Below are positions 38,661-52,260 of a DNA stretch of 64,000 bases, in pieces. How positions within the stretch are numbered: position 1 is the first letter of the stretch; the number at the start of each line of letters is the position of its first letter. The stretch comes from Hypanus sabinus (Eukaryota): positions 65,658,001 to 65,722,000 of the forward strand of contig NC_082709.1 in the NCBI RefSeq assembly GCF_030144855.1, written 5' to 3'. The position numbers were made by a program, and so were the translations under genes. The notes below the pieces were generated by a model. It saw only the letters and a program-made list of their open reading frames with translations. It did no database searches and had not been told where the DNA came from.

Positions 38661-40711
38661 GTATATTTTCTAAAGTCAATCATAACAGGTTCTGAATAAA
38701 GTCAAAATAAAAGCAGGTGAAGTACATTTGTCAAAAAATGCACATGGTAAAAATGCCACAATCTTCCTTCTCCCCGCCTTCACGGCCTGTAGATGAACAC
38801 ATTTAGTAATACTAATTTAGTAAGCTCGAAGCAGTTAATTTAGTCCTTTCAATCTGTAGTTTCTCACTTTCGGATGGGAGTGTAGCTAGTGTAGGTTTGG
38901 CCCATTACAAATGACTGCCTTTTGGAATGATTCTGTTTATCGTCTTTGGAGAGGAGTGCTTTATAGGCTTTCTGAATAGTTTTGTGACACCAGAAGCTTT
39001 AAAACTGCTGTGGCAAATTGTCATTCTTTATGAAATCTTGCAAAGGTAGTGGGGTTCTAGCGGCAGCTCCTGGACTTTTGCACTGTCGAGGCAGTGGATT
39101 AGAATTGTTCCCACCCAAGTTGATTGTCAAATGTGAATGCGTTTTAATCTCTTGGCCGGAAAGCCATGTAGACAATTGCCGCGGTCTACTGGTGATCGTT
39201 GTGTTATCTGTTGGGAATTTCACTGTATCATGAAAGCTGTTATTATTAATTTAAAACTCCTGTTAAAACAGAGCTAGTTGAGCAACAGTGGATTATAATG
39301 CTTCAGAATATATTTTATTGTCGAGTAGCCCATGCACTAATCGCCATGTTATAAAGGCAGTGAATTGCGTTCATCCCACTTGTAACCTGATACCGAAACA
39401 CATTGTTTACATAAATTTTTAAGTGTGTTACTAGTGCCGCAGTTTTCAAAGATTGAGGGATACTCATTTATATAGCGGCTCTTGTGAGCCTCAAGTGGTA
39501 TCAAGTGTTTCATAGGCGATGGAGTACATTGTAAGAAATGTAGTAACCTATTTGTGTAGAAGATCCTACAAATACCAAGCAATAATAATGAAAGCTAGAA
39601 TTGCCCTGTCTGAACGATCAGGAGAGAGTTTATGAAATATTGACTCAGTTTGTCTTTCTACAAAGCGGATGCTTACCCAAATACTTCAAGCATTTTATGT
39701 TATTGTTTCAGACTTTCAGCATCTGCATGTTTTTTTCCCACCATCTTTCAGATTCTATGTAATATCGTTAAGATGAGAAATATTAAAGTTGGAAAATATT
39801 AGGCCTTCCATTATGACTGTAACCTTCAATGAGTTCTCAGTGGATATGCTTTTAATGTTTTGATTTATAACTCACTCAGCTGTTGTGCTTGTGTGTTGGT
39901 AACGTGCTGTCGACAGGACTTGGTTGGCCACAAATGTTTATGTTCATTCCAAAGCTTCCTCTTTGGCTACTTACAAGTTTGTGTTTGAACTTGTTGGGGT
40001 TGACTTTGTTGTTTGGTAAAAGAATCTGCTTAGTTTAAGTTGAGCTCATCTTACTGATGTTCAGGGTCAGAAACATGTCCTGCCCCCTGGATTCAGTTTC
40101 CTTCGCGCTCACGTTGTGTATGACCGACTTGAGATCCTGCCCAGACAGAAATGCATCCTTTTGAGATCCATTACCGTAAGAAGTGTGCAAGAGGATGCAC
40201 CGGATCTTCACGAGGAATGTAGTATAAGAATTTTGTAGTTTTGTAGTATAAGAATGAGAATATATCCTTTTTTAACTATTGAGAGGCATTGCACTAGTAA
40301 AGGAACCCATGCAACGCAAGTGATCCTTGTGGAGAAAAGAATGAGCCATCGACTCTGGCTTTTTCCCCATAGCCCTGCAAATAATTTCCCCACCATAAAG
40401 CCTATCCAACTCCCCTTTGAAAGTTCCGATTTTGTTTCCACTAAAAAGCAGTGTATTGCATGTCACTGCTCGATAGCTCCCCGGTATCTATCTTCAATTC
40501 AGAATTATACTGCTTCAAGGGCAGAGAGACTTGGATAATCCAAAAGCAAGAATAAAAGACTATTGGGTAGTTAGAGATGCTTTGGATGAAATAATGTAAT
40601 TAAGTAAATAACAAATTAAAATTATATTAAGTTAGAAATCACTTCCACTGGCAAAGAAGTCAGTAAGTGGGCAGCACAGATATAGGGTAATTAGCAAAAT
40701 ACTCTAACTGT

Positions 40712-40975
40712 GAAGGGGGAAAAGTTTAAAGGGAACATTAGGGGGGCTTCTTTACACAGAGAGTGGTGGGAATGTGGAATGAACTGCCAGATGAAGTGGT
40801 AAATGCGGGCTCATTTTTAACATTTAAGAAAAACTTGGACAGGTACATGAAGGAGAGGTGTATGGAGGGATATGGTCCAGGTGCAGGTCAGTGGGACTAC
40901 GCAGAAAAATGGTTTGGCATGGCCAAGGAGGGCCAAAAGGCCTGTCTCTGTGCTGTAATGTGCTATGGTTCTAGT
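40712..40975 (+). mobile_element. CR1 3' end
   Basis: VVGMWNELPDEVVNAGS...FKKNLDRYM. Confidence 0.8.
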
Positions 40976-43900
40976 GTACAATACTGATGTAGTCTGTAGC
41001 ATCCCAAAGAGATGGCAAGGCAGATTAATTGTAAATTAATTTTTTTAAGAACTTTTTGAGAGAGGGCTCAAAGGGGTTGAGGGGGGAGTGAAAGCATAAC
41101 TAATTAAATACTGTATAATGATACTGAATAAACCCTATACACACTATATGATACTTGATGATGCCTGGTGCCGTATTAGAATGTTTATGTTGTCAGCGTT
41201 CCCTTTGTCTATTATGTGGTGTGGGTTTAGAATGTTTTGTTCATCAATTGTTCATGTGTGTAGGTTGAAAGTACAGGTACTCAAATTTCCAAACTGGGTA
41301 TTGTGGCTTGGAACATGTGGTAAGTGCTCAGTGATCCCAGCCTTGTATGTAAACAAGAGGAAAAAAAAACAAGGTTGTCACTTCAGCTCCCAAAGGGTAG
41401 AACGTTGTCTATTCTCTACCGTCTTTGCCCCATTGCCTCTCAGTGCTTTCAATTGACCTCTACTTAATGTTCATGTGATTCCAGTCTAGCAGCGGATCAA
41501 AGTTTGAAAATGTCTAGGTTGTCTTCAGATCACTCAATGATCTTGCCTTTCTTATCACTGTAACCTGAGGCCCCACAACCCCTTGTGATCTCTGCTCCAG
41601 GTATTATTTGTAACCTGATATTCTTCACTGCACTACTGGTAGCTGTGACTTCAGAGACCTAGGTCTCAGAGATACACAATCTCCTCCAAAATCCATTCTG
41701 CCTCTCCACTTCTCTCTCCTCTGTGCTATTCTATAAAATAAACTCCTTTGTTCATCTGTTGCAATTTTTTAAAAAATTAATTGTTGACACGCCCTTGGAA
41801 CTAATTTGGACATTTACAGCATTACGGATGTATGTTGTAGGTTTTAATCAATGCGCTTCCTAACAGAACAGTTAGATATGAGGATTGTTCATATTTTTTT
41901 GTTTATAGCAGTCTTACCGAGATTCCTCTAGGCTTAAATAACTAGATTCAGTTCTTGGCCTGTGTCAAGGTGGTTGAGAGGTCTGACTTAAATTGGCAAT
42001 TTATGAAGACTGGGCTATGTTAGTTGGCCTTGTCACTGCCTCCAAATCAACCTCTGAGTGAGCTTTAAAGTATTTCCTTCCATAGCTCAGTATTTGTACA
42101 ATAACAACTTGGAGAAGTATTAAAACTACAAGGTTTCAAATCTGACAAATTTTGAAGGTGATCTTATCTTAAGTGAGTATAAGGAAAGAATTCCTTCTTG
42201 GTACATGCTAAAATGAATAACACAAAATGGAAGTCTGTAAGACAAAATGATTTCTGCCTATACTGTGAGTGTGTTTTGAGAAAGAAGCACTCCATAACCA
42301 TATTGTGAGAACATGGTGTGAGTAGTGGTCTTCAGCCCTGATGGTTGATAATGCTGAGAAAAATGTTAACCTGGGAAGGGGAAGATGGTTCTCCAGGTGC
42401 TGATACCGCCTAGTACTGTCCTGTGGAAAAGTATTAGGGTAAATAGCCTTCAAGGCTATAAAGAAGGGTGATTTCTTTGTGCAAAAGAGAGGAAAATCTG
42501 TGGGGCACTTAAGGTTTCCTCTGGTGTATTGTGTGGCGTAGCTTAATGTTTGGTTGATAAATATTATTTTGTCTCTTATTTCTACTTTATTAATTGGTTT
42601 ACATATTTTCTTTATATAGCTCAACTTTTGACAGGTGTACGTTACCTCCTTTGATTGTGGGTACTTGCTGCGGAATCAGAAAATAACATGGAACAGATTT
42701 TTAAAAATTTCCTTACAGTGGGCACTGGAGTAAATTTGAATATCCCTAGCCATCTGAACAAAATAATTCCAGTTGCTTTCCTGAATGAATTCCCTGCTGC
42801 TCAGCTTTCATGAGTTCTTAAAAAAAAATGCTTGCTCTTCTCAGTTGGGCTTTTCCAGTCAAGTAACCTTGTGATTGTTTATTGTCCAGGCCAGTACTTG
42901 AAGAATGTCTCCTGGGGATGAGACAACAGTAGAGTCAAGTCCATGAATCAGTTCACTTTTGATAGAGCAGGTAAGGAGAATAAAATGAAGATGGAGTTCT
43001 GATAAGTTGGGACAAGAGCAGTGGGGAAAATTGAATAATTTAATCTTTTATCTATTCCTACACATGTGGGAAGAATCTTCTATTTCACATTGGTCAGGCT
43101 TATCATGTTATTTAATATCTTAGAACATTATAGAGCACTACTGACCCTTCAGCCCACAATGTTGTGCCAGCCTTTTAATCTATTCTAAACTCAATCTAAC
43201 GCTTCCCTTTTACATAGCTTTCTGTTTTATTTTTAATCATCCATGTGCCTATCTAAGTGTTTATTAAGTGCCCCTAATGTATCTGCTTCTACCACCACCT
43301 GTCAGAGCATTCTGTGCAACTAACTACTGTTTTTAAAAATGAAAAAAAAAGTTGCACCTGACACCCCCTCCCCCATACTTTTCTCCAGTCAACTTAAAAT
43401 GATGCCCTTTGTATTAACCATTTCCAACCCAGGGGGAAAAAGTCTCAGGCTTTTTCTGAAAGTTTGTCTGAAAACTTCCAAACTTTCTTTCCAAATTTTG
43501 GAAAAAAATCTCTGTGAAAACTTGACACAGTCAACCTGCTGTTTGGTGGTTGTTTCTGCACTGGTGAATTTTGCTTGCTTGTTCTGTGCATCAGGTCAGG
43601 TTGTAGCAATCACTTCTGAGTCCGAAGGTCAGTGATCCAAATCCTGGTGTGAAGACTAGGCAGGGTGTCTTGATCTGCGAGTCCAAGCACAGTGGTGAAA
43701 GACTGAATGGTTGGAGGCTCCTTGGGTAATATGTTCAAATTTCGTGCTATATTCATAAAAGAAAGCACAAACTTGGCTGCAAAGATTTAAAATGTCTGAA
43801 AGGCACTGTGGAATCAGGTCCTCGTATTCGAGCTGAGAGCCTGCCTACTGAAGCTGTAATTTTTTAAAAACCACACGGCTATATAAATTGTTTTGAAATA

Positions 43901-44356
43901 ATGGAGAGCAGCCCTTAAGTGAGCTCCACTGGGAAGGTAATTAGCTACCTTTTGTCAACACACAATGGCGTCAGTGGCTTGTGTGACCATAATGTAGTAT
44001 GATCCCTGGTGTTTGAAAGCTTCCTTCCATGCAATATAGTTTGTATTCTTTCCCACCTTGCAACCCCCCCCCCCCCAGAATTATGTTCAGAGTATAATGT
44101 ATCAGGCATTGAATAATAATAATGCACAGTTTTTTTTCTTTTGATGTTGAATGTAATAAAACACTTAATTAACTCCCTTGAGGTAGAAAACGTTGTCAGC
44201 AAAGACGCTGCCATTCAGTAGACTAGGTGCACTTTAATTATCATTAATAGTGTACACAGAAGGGTGATGTAAATCCCCACCTTCTCTGCTACTGTATCAC
44301 CAGAGTTGGTACAGTCATGTGTGCTGTGTCCAGGGTGGTTTCTGCTTGTGGTTACT

Positions 44357-44962
44357 GGCATTGAGTATAGGAGTTGGGATGTAATATGAGAATTGTACAG
44401 GGCATTGGTAAGGCCGAATCTGGAGTATTGTGTACAGTTCTGGTCACCGAATTATAGGAAAGATGTCAACAAAATAGAGAGAGTACAGAGAAGTTTTACT
44501 AGAATGTTACCTGGGTTTCAGCACCTAAGTTACAGAGAAAGGTTGAACAAGTTAGGTCTTTATTCTTTGGAGCATAGAAGGTTGAGGGTGTACTTGATAG
44601 AGGTATTTGAAATTATGAGGGGGATACATAGAGTTGATGTGGATAGGCTTTTTCCATTGAGAGTAGGGGAGATTCAAACAAGAGGACGTGAGTTGAGAAT
44701 TAGGGGGCAAAAGTTTAAGGGTAACACGAGGGAATTTCTTTACTCAGAGAGTGGTAGCTGTGTGGAACGAGCTTCCAGTAGAAGTGGTAGAGGCAGGTTC
44801 GATATTGCAATTTAAAGTAAAATTGGATAGGTATATGGACAGGAAAGGAATGGAGGGTTATGGGCTGAGTGCGGGCCAGTGGGACTGGGTGAGAGTAAGC
44901 ATTCAGCACGGACTAGAAGAGCCGAGATGGCCTGTTTCCGTGCTGCGATTGCTATATGGTTG
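44357..44962 (+). mobile_element. Well-preserved 5'-truncated CR1
   Basis: LYRALVRPNLEYCVQFWSP...WNELPVEVVEAG...LDRYM. Confidence 0.9.
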
Positions 44963-46348
44963 TAAGATTAGAGCAAGGAAATTGCAGATGTTTTTACGTG
45001 CAATCTTCCAAATGGTGGAAGGGGTACTTAAATGCAGCATGGATTACCTTACCACAAAGGCTGTTTTTTTTTAATCTCTTAGTTTTATAGCTCACAGGTT
45101 GTTCCAAGGTTACGTAGACTCACAAAGACAAACAATTTTTAAAAAAACAATTTCTTAAGTCTGTTTGATTGCACTCTTGAAATGTGGCTAATATGCTCCC
45201 TTTTGCCATCAGTTTACAGGATTTTGATCGGCATTGCCTTTTATCATGTGTTCAATTCAGTGTGATTCTGTCTGATTGTGTAAGCAGGTTATAAATGGAG
45301 GACTGTGAGTTTGTTATTTACATTGTTAATAATGAAACTTTGACCGTTGAATTTTTATCCTAGCAAAGAAAAGGAATTGCATCATTGGAATTGCTGTCAT
45401 GTCTAAATTGTGATCCCCCAAAAGATGTTTCATGGGATACAAAATAACTTTGCGGCATCAGAAGTCTAGTTTAGGAAAAAAATTCAGCAAAACATTATTG
45501 GGAGAGAAGATTGAAAGTATAGTTGTACAGTAAGGATACAAGGCATTTGGCTCACCACGTGCATGCTGACCCCTTTACACCCACCTTTTTTGTTCTCCCC
45601 CTGTTCCAGCTTCATATAATTTGGTATTGTGGAATATATTTGGTCTGAGGACAAATTTGTACAGGTAATAGCATTTATGGCCTTTGCAATCACTGGATGT
45701 CTCTGGATTATTGTGTAATTAAAAAAAAAATACAAACTTCCATCTTTTTCTTGTTCTGATGAATAAAAAATTGGCGTTATGAAAAGAATGCTCCTGTGAC
45801 CTTCTCTCACACACACACACACACACTATCTGGCCAAATGAAAGGGAGAAGGTCATAGGCCTGCAAGGGAAAGCAGAATGGGACTGATGGGATTATTCTG
45901 CTAGGAAACAGCATGGATCTGATGGATTGAGTGGCCACCTTTTGTGCTTTGATAATTTAACTAAATGGCAGGAGCCCAGTTGCTTTCACTTCTCACATCT
46001 CAATGTTGTCATTATTGTTCTGTAATTTATGCTTGAGAAAGAACATGCCTTTGGAAATTGGTTTTTCTTTCAACTCCTGGAATGTAATTTTTATTCAGTA
46101 TTGGTTATAATTTGCTATTTTTGTATTCTATGCATTGACATTGGTAAAATTTACCTTTTGCACTCCCAACTAGAAGAAGACACAAAAAGCTGGAGGTACT
46201 CAGCAGGTCAGGCAACATAGAGGGAGGGAGGTGGACAGCTGATGTTTTGTGTGGACACCCTTCACCTTTCCCTCCATTCACTGCTGTGTGGTAAACGGGA
46301 ACACACACAGCATGTGGGATGAGCTCAGCAGGTCAGGTAGCGTCTATG

Positions 46349-47010
46349 GTACATTTAATGTCAGAGAAATGTATGCAATATACATCCTGAAATGCTTTTT
46401 CTTCACAACCATCCAAGAAAATAGAGGAGTGCCCCAAAGAATGAATGACAGTTAAATGTTAGAACCCCAAAGTCCCCCTCCCCCACAACTCCCCTCCCTC
46501 CCCTGCGTAAGCGGCAGCAAGCAACGATCCCTCCCCCCCCCCACCAGCAAATGAAAAGCATCAGACCGCGCCACCGAGCACTCAAGTGTGAGCAAGGCAA
46601 CAGCAAAGACACAGACTTGCAGTTACCCCAAAGACTATTTGTTCACCTGGTATTTGACATACCACAGGCTCTCTCTCTCTCTCCCTCCCTAATAGGGAGA
46701 AAGAGGTGTCTCCGTTTCACAGCGAGAGGGGAGACATAACAAAAAATTTGTCGGTTTACGATGTTAAAAGTCCGTGGCGTTGCTTTTTCCGAGCTCTGTG
46801 CTCAAAGATCTCGGGTCTCTGGGCACACAGCCTTAGATATTCCATCTCCCACGACATACCCGTCTTCTGCTTGGACACCGACCTTCAATCTCCCCCATCT
46901 CCAGAGCCACGAAAACTTGGTCCTCCGAAGGTGAGCCCTTGGCGTGCTGAACAGCGGCCAGTTGTGAAGCCTCAAGAGCAGGACCCATTCCCGCAAAGAA
47001 CCAAAATCTG
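46349..47010 (-). mobile_element. Unclassified CpG-retaining interspersed repeat
   Basis: Its end (TACATTTAATGTCAGAGAAATG...ATACATCCTGAAATG) recurs almost identically at 6959-7003. Confidence 0.55.
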
Positions 47011-47809
47011 GATGAAGTGGGTTTCAGTTACGTAGATCTTGTTTAAGGTACAGAGGAGATGTCGGGGGTAAGTTATTTACACAGAGAGTGGTGAGTGTGT
47101 GGAATGGACTGCTGGCAATGCTGGTGGAGGTGAAAATGATAGGGTCTTTTAAGAGACTCCTGGACAGGTACATGGAGCTTAGAAAAATAGAGGGCTATGG
47201 ATACCCCTAGGTAATTTCTAAGGTAGGGACATGTTCGGCACAGCTTTGTGGTCCGAAGGGCCTGTATTGTGCTGTAGGTTTTCTATGTTTATAATCAGAG
47301 TCAGTGTGTAACTCCAGGTCAGGGTCTTCAAAAGAACCCTGAAAGGGAAAAAGAGGTGTTAAAGATGGAAATAGAGCTGTTCTGGAGATGAAAGCAAAGG
47401 AGTCACTGTTAGGCACCATTAACCTTCCACCTAAACTTGACTTGGCCCAAAACGTTGACCGTTTATTCCTCTCCATAGACGCTGCCTGACCTGCAGAGTT
47501 CCTCCAGCATTTTGTGTGTGTTGTTCTGAATTTCCAGCATCAGCAGAATCTCTTGTTTGCAATAAACAATGAGGCTGGTTTGGGCACACCGATATAAAAG
47601 TAACCAGATCATCTGTATCCGTGCGATTAGTTAGTTACATATTGGCCAGAGCACAGCTTCCCAACCCTATGTGATGGTCTCAGCCTAAGTTTGCGATCAA
47701 GCCTCTGGAATGGAACTTGAACCCATTATGAACTGTTTCAGGGAAAGATACTGTAGCTGTCCGGTTACACTCTCTACAATACAAGGTATCTTCTTTGTAC
47801 ATGATCCAG

Positions 47810-48570
47810 GACAGGAGTGAGACAGATTGGCTGGTTGAGTGATGTTGCAAGAACGATCCTGTGCATAATGTCAGCAGGACCATGGAATTGATTGTGGATT
47901 TCAGGAAGGGGAAGCCAGAGCACACACCAGGGCTAATTGAGGGGTAAGCAGTGGAGAGGGTGAGCAATTTTACATTTCTGGGTGCCAGCATCTCAGAGGA
48001 TATATCCTGGGCCGAGCATATTGATGTAATCATGAAGGAGGCATGCAAGCAGCTATCCATCATCAGGAGTTTAAGGAGATGTAGTCTGATACCAAAGACT
48101 CTAGCATATTTCTATAGATATACAGTGAAGAAAATTCTTACTGGTTGCATAATAGCCTGGTATGGGGGCTCCAATGTGCAGGATCAAAAGAGCCTGCAAA
48201 GGGCTGTAGATTCAGCCAGATCCATCGTGAGCATGCCCTCTCCATCATAAACAGCAGCCTCAAAAGGCATACCTCAAGAAGGCTGCATTCATCGTTAAAG
48301 GCCCTCGCCATCTGGGAAATGCCTTCTTCATGTTACCACCAGCAGGGAGGAGATGGAGGAGCCTGACGGCCCACACTCAATGTTTTAGGAACAGCTTCTT
48401 CCCCTGCGCCATCAGATATCTGAACGGTCCATGAATTCATGAACACTACCTCGCTATTCCCCCTTGGCACTCCTGCTTTATTTCTTGTAACTTGTAGTAG
48501 GTTTTGTCTTGCATTGTACAAAACAACGATTTTCATGACATATGTCAGTGAAAATACATAAATCTGGTTC
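47810..48570 (+). mobile_element. Rex1/Babar-type LINE 3' fragment
   Basis: VERVSNFTFLGASISEDISW...ILTGCIIAWYG. Confidence 0.8.
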
Positions 48571-51500
48571 AATGTTTTTCCCAGTGTTTGATAATGATGT
48601 GCACAGTTTAATACAGATAGGCATGTAAGGTCCCGGTTCTATAGTGACTATTTAAGCATAACCTCAGATTAAAGGGCAGTCAGATAATTCAGGATTCAAA
48701 TAACCAGTGATCGCATCAGAGTATAGGACTTGGTGAGCCATTTTTAGTAAAATAACATAAAAATTCAACAAGGGTGCAATTTATTTAGTAATGTTAATTT
48801 AAAAAGGCACTTTTAGAAACAGTTGAGAGACTAAGCAGCAAGGTTCAACACATGGTAAGTATTATATTGTAGCTTGATGTTGGGGGAAGAGATGTCTCCC
48901 AAAAATTTCCAGCATCTTTTCAGCAGGTTCTCCTTCAACATGTGCAGGGCTTCAATACATAAAATCATTGAAGCTTGCTCTATACACAGTCTGTTCAGCT
49001 CATCACTTTGTTTACTATAAAGTGTGCAGCCAATGCCACTGTCATTGGACTAATCACCAGTAGGAAGAGAATAGAACGCAGAACAGTCCAGCAGAGGTGC
49101 AGGTCATTTGATCTATTGAACTGCATTATATACTGCTTATACCACCTGCCCCTGGCAGTGCATTCCAGGCACACATCGCTCCCTTGAGTGAGTTTTTTTT
49201 TCACTGCACCTGTGCATACAGAGTTGTGCATCTTGCAATAAACTTCACATGTTTATTAAAAGAAAAATAATAAAATTTTAAACTTTTCTCTTTTCACCTC
49301 AAACCCCTGCCTTCCACCACCCAACACTTCCAACCTCAGAAAAGACTACTGACCCTGCCTTTGTCTCTTCACCAGGTCTCCCCTCAGCCCTGATGCTCTA
49401 GAGAAAACAGCCCAAATCTGTCCAACCTTCATCCTGCGTGAGGGTTACCCTGACGGGTTATTCGGTGGATCTGGAGTGCATGAACTTTGGTGCTACTATC
49501 ACAACCTAAGCAGCATAATGGACGCCTGCAGCTTGCAGGCATGGCTAATGGCTGACAGGGCTGACAAAATGTCTTCAACCTGGCTTCTCTTCCCACGGAT
49601 GCAGCCTAACTGGCTGACTATTTCCGGCATTTTCTGTTTTGTTATATTGTCATTTTGTATTTCAGGGTCTGCAAACGAAAATCAAACTCTTAATGAGAAA
49701 TAACGTAGGATCAGAAGATGCAGAGTCCTTGTGGGTAGAGTTAAGAAACTAGAGGTGTAAAAAAAGACTCTGGTAGGTGTTATATGCAGGCCCCTGAACC
49801 GTAGCCAAGATGTTGGCGTACAAATTGCAGTGGGAGATGGAAAAAGGCAAGTAAAGTAGGCAATATTATGATAGTTATTATGCAGGTACATTAATTGGAA
49901 AAGTCGGGTCAGTGCTAGGTCCTAAGAGAAGAAATTTATAGAATGCCTAAGTGATTTTTTTTTAGAGCAACTTGTGGTTGTGTCCATCTTCTGGTAAGAT
50001 AGTGGAGGATTCAGTCACTTCCATGGGGTCAACCAAAGGTATTGCCCTTTTTTTAAGAAATATTTTTTCACAATGGCAAGACCCTGCTGGACATTAAGAG
50101 CTTAGAGTACTGCAGGTCTACTCCATCAGCGAGTTGCTCGTTGAGGAGAAACTGAAGGAGCTGGAGGTGGTGCGGTTTGTGCTGCTGTCTGTGACAGAGA
50201 GGCATCGGGGGTATTGGTGTGTGAAGCAGGTGTGCAGTCTTAAAAGCAAGTGATTGTGTTAGTTGCTTTCCTTGTGATCGTGAGACCTTGTTGGACATCG
50301 TTAATGTGGAATGCTGCAAGTCCGATTCACTGATTTATTGGTGGACGGTTGTAGCAACAACTCGGCTTCAAGCCATAGTGTTGCCTGTTTACAGCCACCC
50401 AAGAGGGAGGCGTTGAAGTTGGTGCCCTCCACCAAAGGCAGTGTGGCACAGCGTCCAAGCTGAAGTTGGTGCTGCCCCCCCCCCCCCAGTGTTCGTATGG
50501 GAGACCAGCTGTGTTGTGTTCGGCTGCAGATTTCTGGCTGGGACTATATATTTTTTGTGACTGTATTTTACTGAAAACTTGTACGTGCTTTGTGCTATGT
50601 ATGATTGTATTTTGCACCTTGGCCCTGGAGTAATGCTATTTCGTTTGGTTGTATTCATGTATGATTCAATAATAATTAAACGAACTGGGGGAAAAGATTC
50701 TGGATTGGGTGCTGTGTAATGATTATGGCGCTTCAGGTAAAGGAGCCCTTAGAAGGTGGCGAATACAATATGGCAGAATTCATCTTGCAGTTTGAGAGGG
50801 AGAAACTAAAATCTGTTTTACAATTGAGTAAAGATAACTACATAGACATGAGGGGAGCTAGCCAAAGTTGAATGGATGGATAACTAGCAGCGATGACGGT
50901 AGGGTAGGAACGGAAAATCGTCTGGGAGTAATTCGGAAACCCAGGAACCATTTAATTGCAAGTAAGTGTTCTAAAGGGAGGACAAGGCAACAGTGGCTGA
51001 CAATGGAAATCAAAATTGGTGGGAAGCTGCAGGATTGGGAAGCTTTTGGAATCCAATAGAAGGCAACTAAAGAAACATTAAGAGGAGAAAAGACCGAATA
51101 TGAAGCTAAGCTAGCCAATAATGAGAAGAAACTAAAAGTTTGTCAGGTATATAAAGGATAAATGAGAAACGAGTCAGTATCACACTGCTCGAAAATGACA
51201 CTAGAAAGGTAGTAATGGGGAACAAAGACATGGCAGAATAGCTGATTGAGTATTTTAGATTTGTAGCAGACACCAGCAACATGTCAGAAATTCAGAAGAG
51301 ACCGGGAGCAGAAGTGAGTCATTGCAATTACTAAGGAGAAGGTGCTTGAGAAGCTGCAAGTTCTGAAGGTTTAAGCCACCTGAACTACTCTCAAGGGTTC
51401 TGAAAAAGGTGGCTGGAGAGATTGTGGCTGCATTAGGAATGATCTTCCAAGAATCACCAGCGTAGGGGATGGTTCCAGGCAAATGCCAGGAATTCATAGG

Positions 51501-51738
51501 CCAGTTAGCCTGACTTCACTGTTGGGTAAGATTTTAGTGTCCATTATTAAGGATGAAGTATCAGGGTTCATGATAAAGTAGGCTGAAGTCAGCGTGGAGA
51601 TCTTGCTTAGCATCTGTCAAAATTCTTTGAGGAAGTAACACACAGGATAGGCAAAAGCAATGATGTTTACAGGGATTTTCAGAAAGTCTTTGACAAGATG
51701 CTGCTCATGATATAAGAGGCCTATAATATCTATGAAGG

Positions 51739-52260
51739 TTCTTAATTCTGATCCATGGGGGGTAGTTTTCTGTCTTATAAACTCTGTGAATTATTTAGAG
51801 GTATAGCAATCACAGGAGGGTCGTTAAGAGTCATAGTGGTAATGAAAGGGTCATCAGTCTTATCTTTGCATGAACGGAGGTGTGAACTATTGTGGAGATG
51901 CCAGGGTAGAGATGTTAGGACTGTATTGCAAGTAGCTGATAGGTGGTGTCGCACCCCACCCCCTCTGTTCAGGGATGGGTTTTCCACTGACAAAGATGGC
52001 TTCTTTAACTGCTCTTTCAAACCGCCTGTCCTCCCTGTCCAAAATGTGCATTGTTATCATCCTTTGAAAGAAGCAAAGATAAGACTAATAACCTTATTAC
52101 CTCGTTGACTCTTAATGACCCTCATGTGATTACTATACCTTTTAAATAATTCAGAGTTTGTAAGCCGCAAAACTACCCACCATGGATCAGAACTGAAGAA
52201 GCCTCTTGGATGAGTGGCGAAACATCTTCGAGACCACACAGCAAATCCAGTTGCCTTGAT
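51739..52260. mobile_element. Penelope/Poseidon-type element remnant with inverted pseudo-LTRs
   Basis: About 95-bp inverted repeat 51739-51833 / 52106-52200; minus-strand KEAIFV..ENPSLNRGGGVRHHLS GIY-YIG C-terminus. Confidence 0.8.
52190..52229 (+). ncRNA. Minimal type I hammerhead ribozyme motif (near-intact)
   Basis: GAA-CTGAAGA-A-GCCTCTTGGATGAGTGGC-GAAAC-ATC-TTC. Confidence 0.7.

Noticed and set aside
40070-40092. p53 half-site AAACATGTCC next to a CTCF-like TGCCCCCTGG
   Set aside because: Single half-site and partial motif; expected by chance in 64 kb
43600-43760. Possible old Deu-domain SINE remnants (also about 4440-4560 and 21780-21930)
   Set aside because: Too decayed to assign boundaries or family without a profile search
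41900-45115. Acceptor-like sites (about 41908, 42633, 45090) as extra ZDBF2 exons
   Set aside because: No convincing paired donors or homology, and the direct 38167-58138 splice already preserves frame
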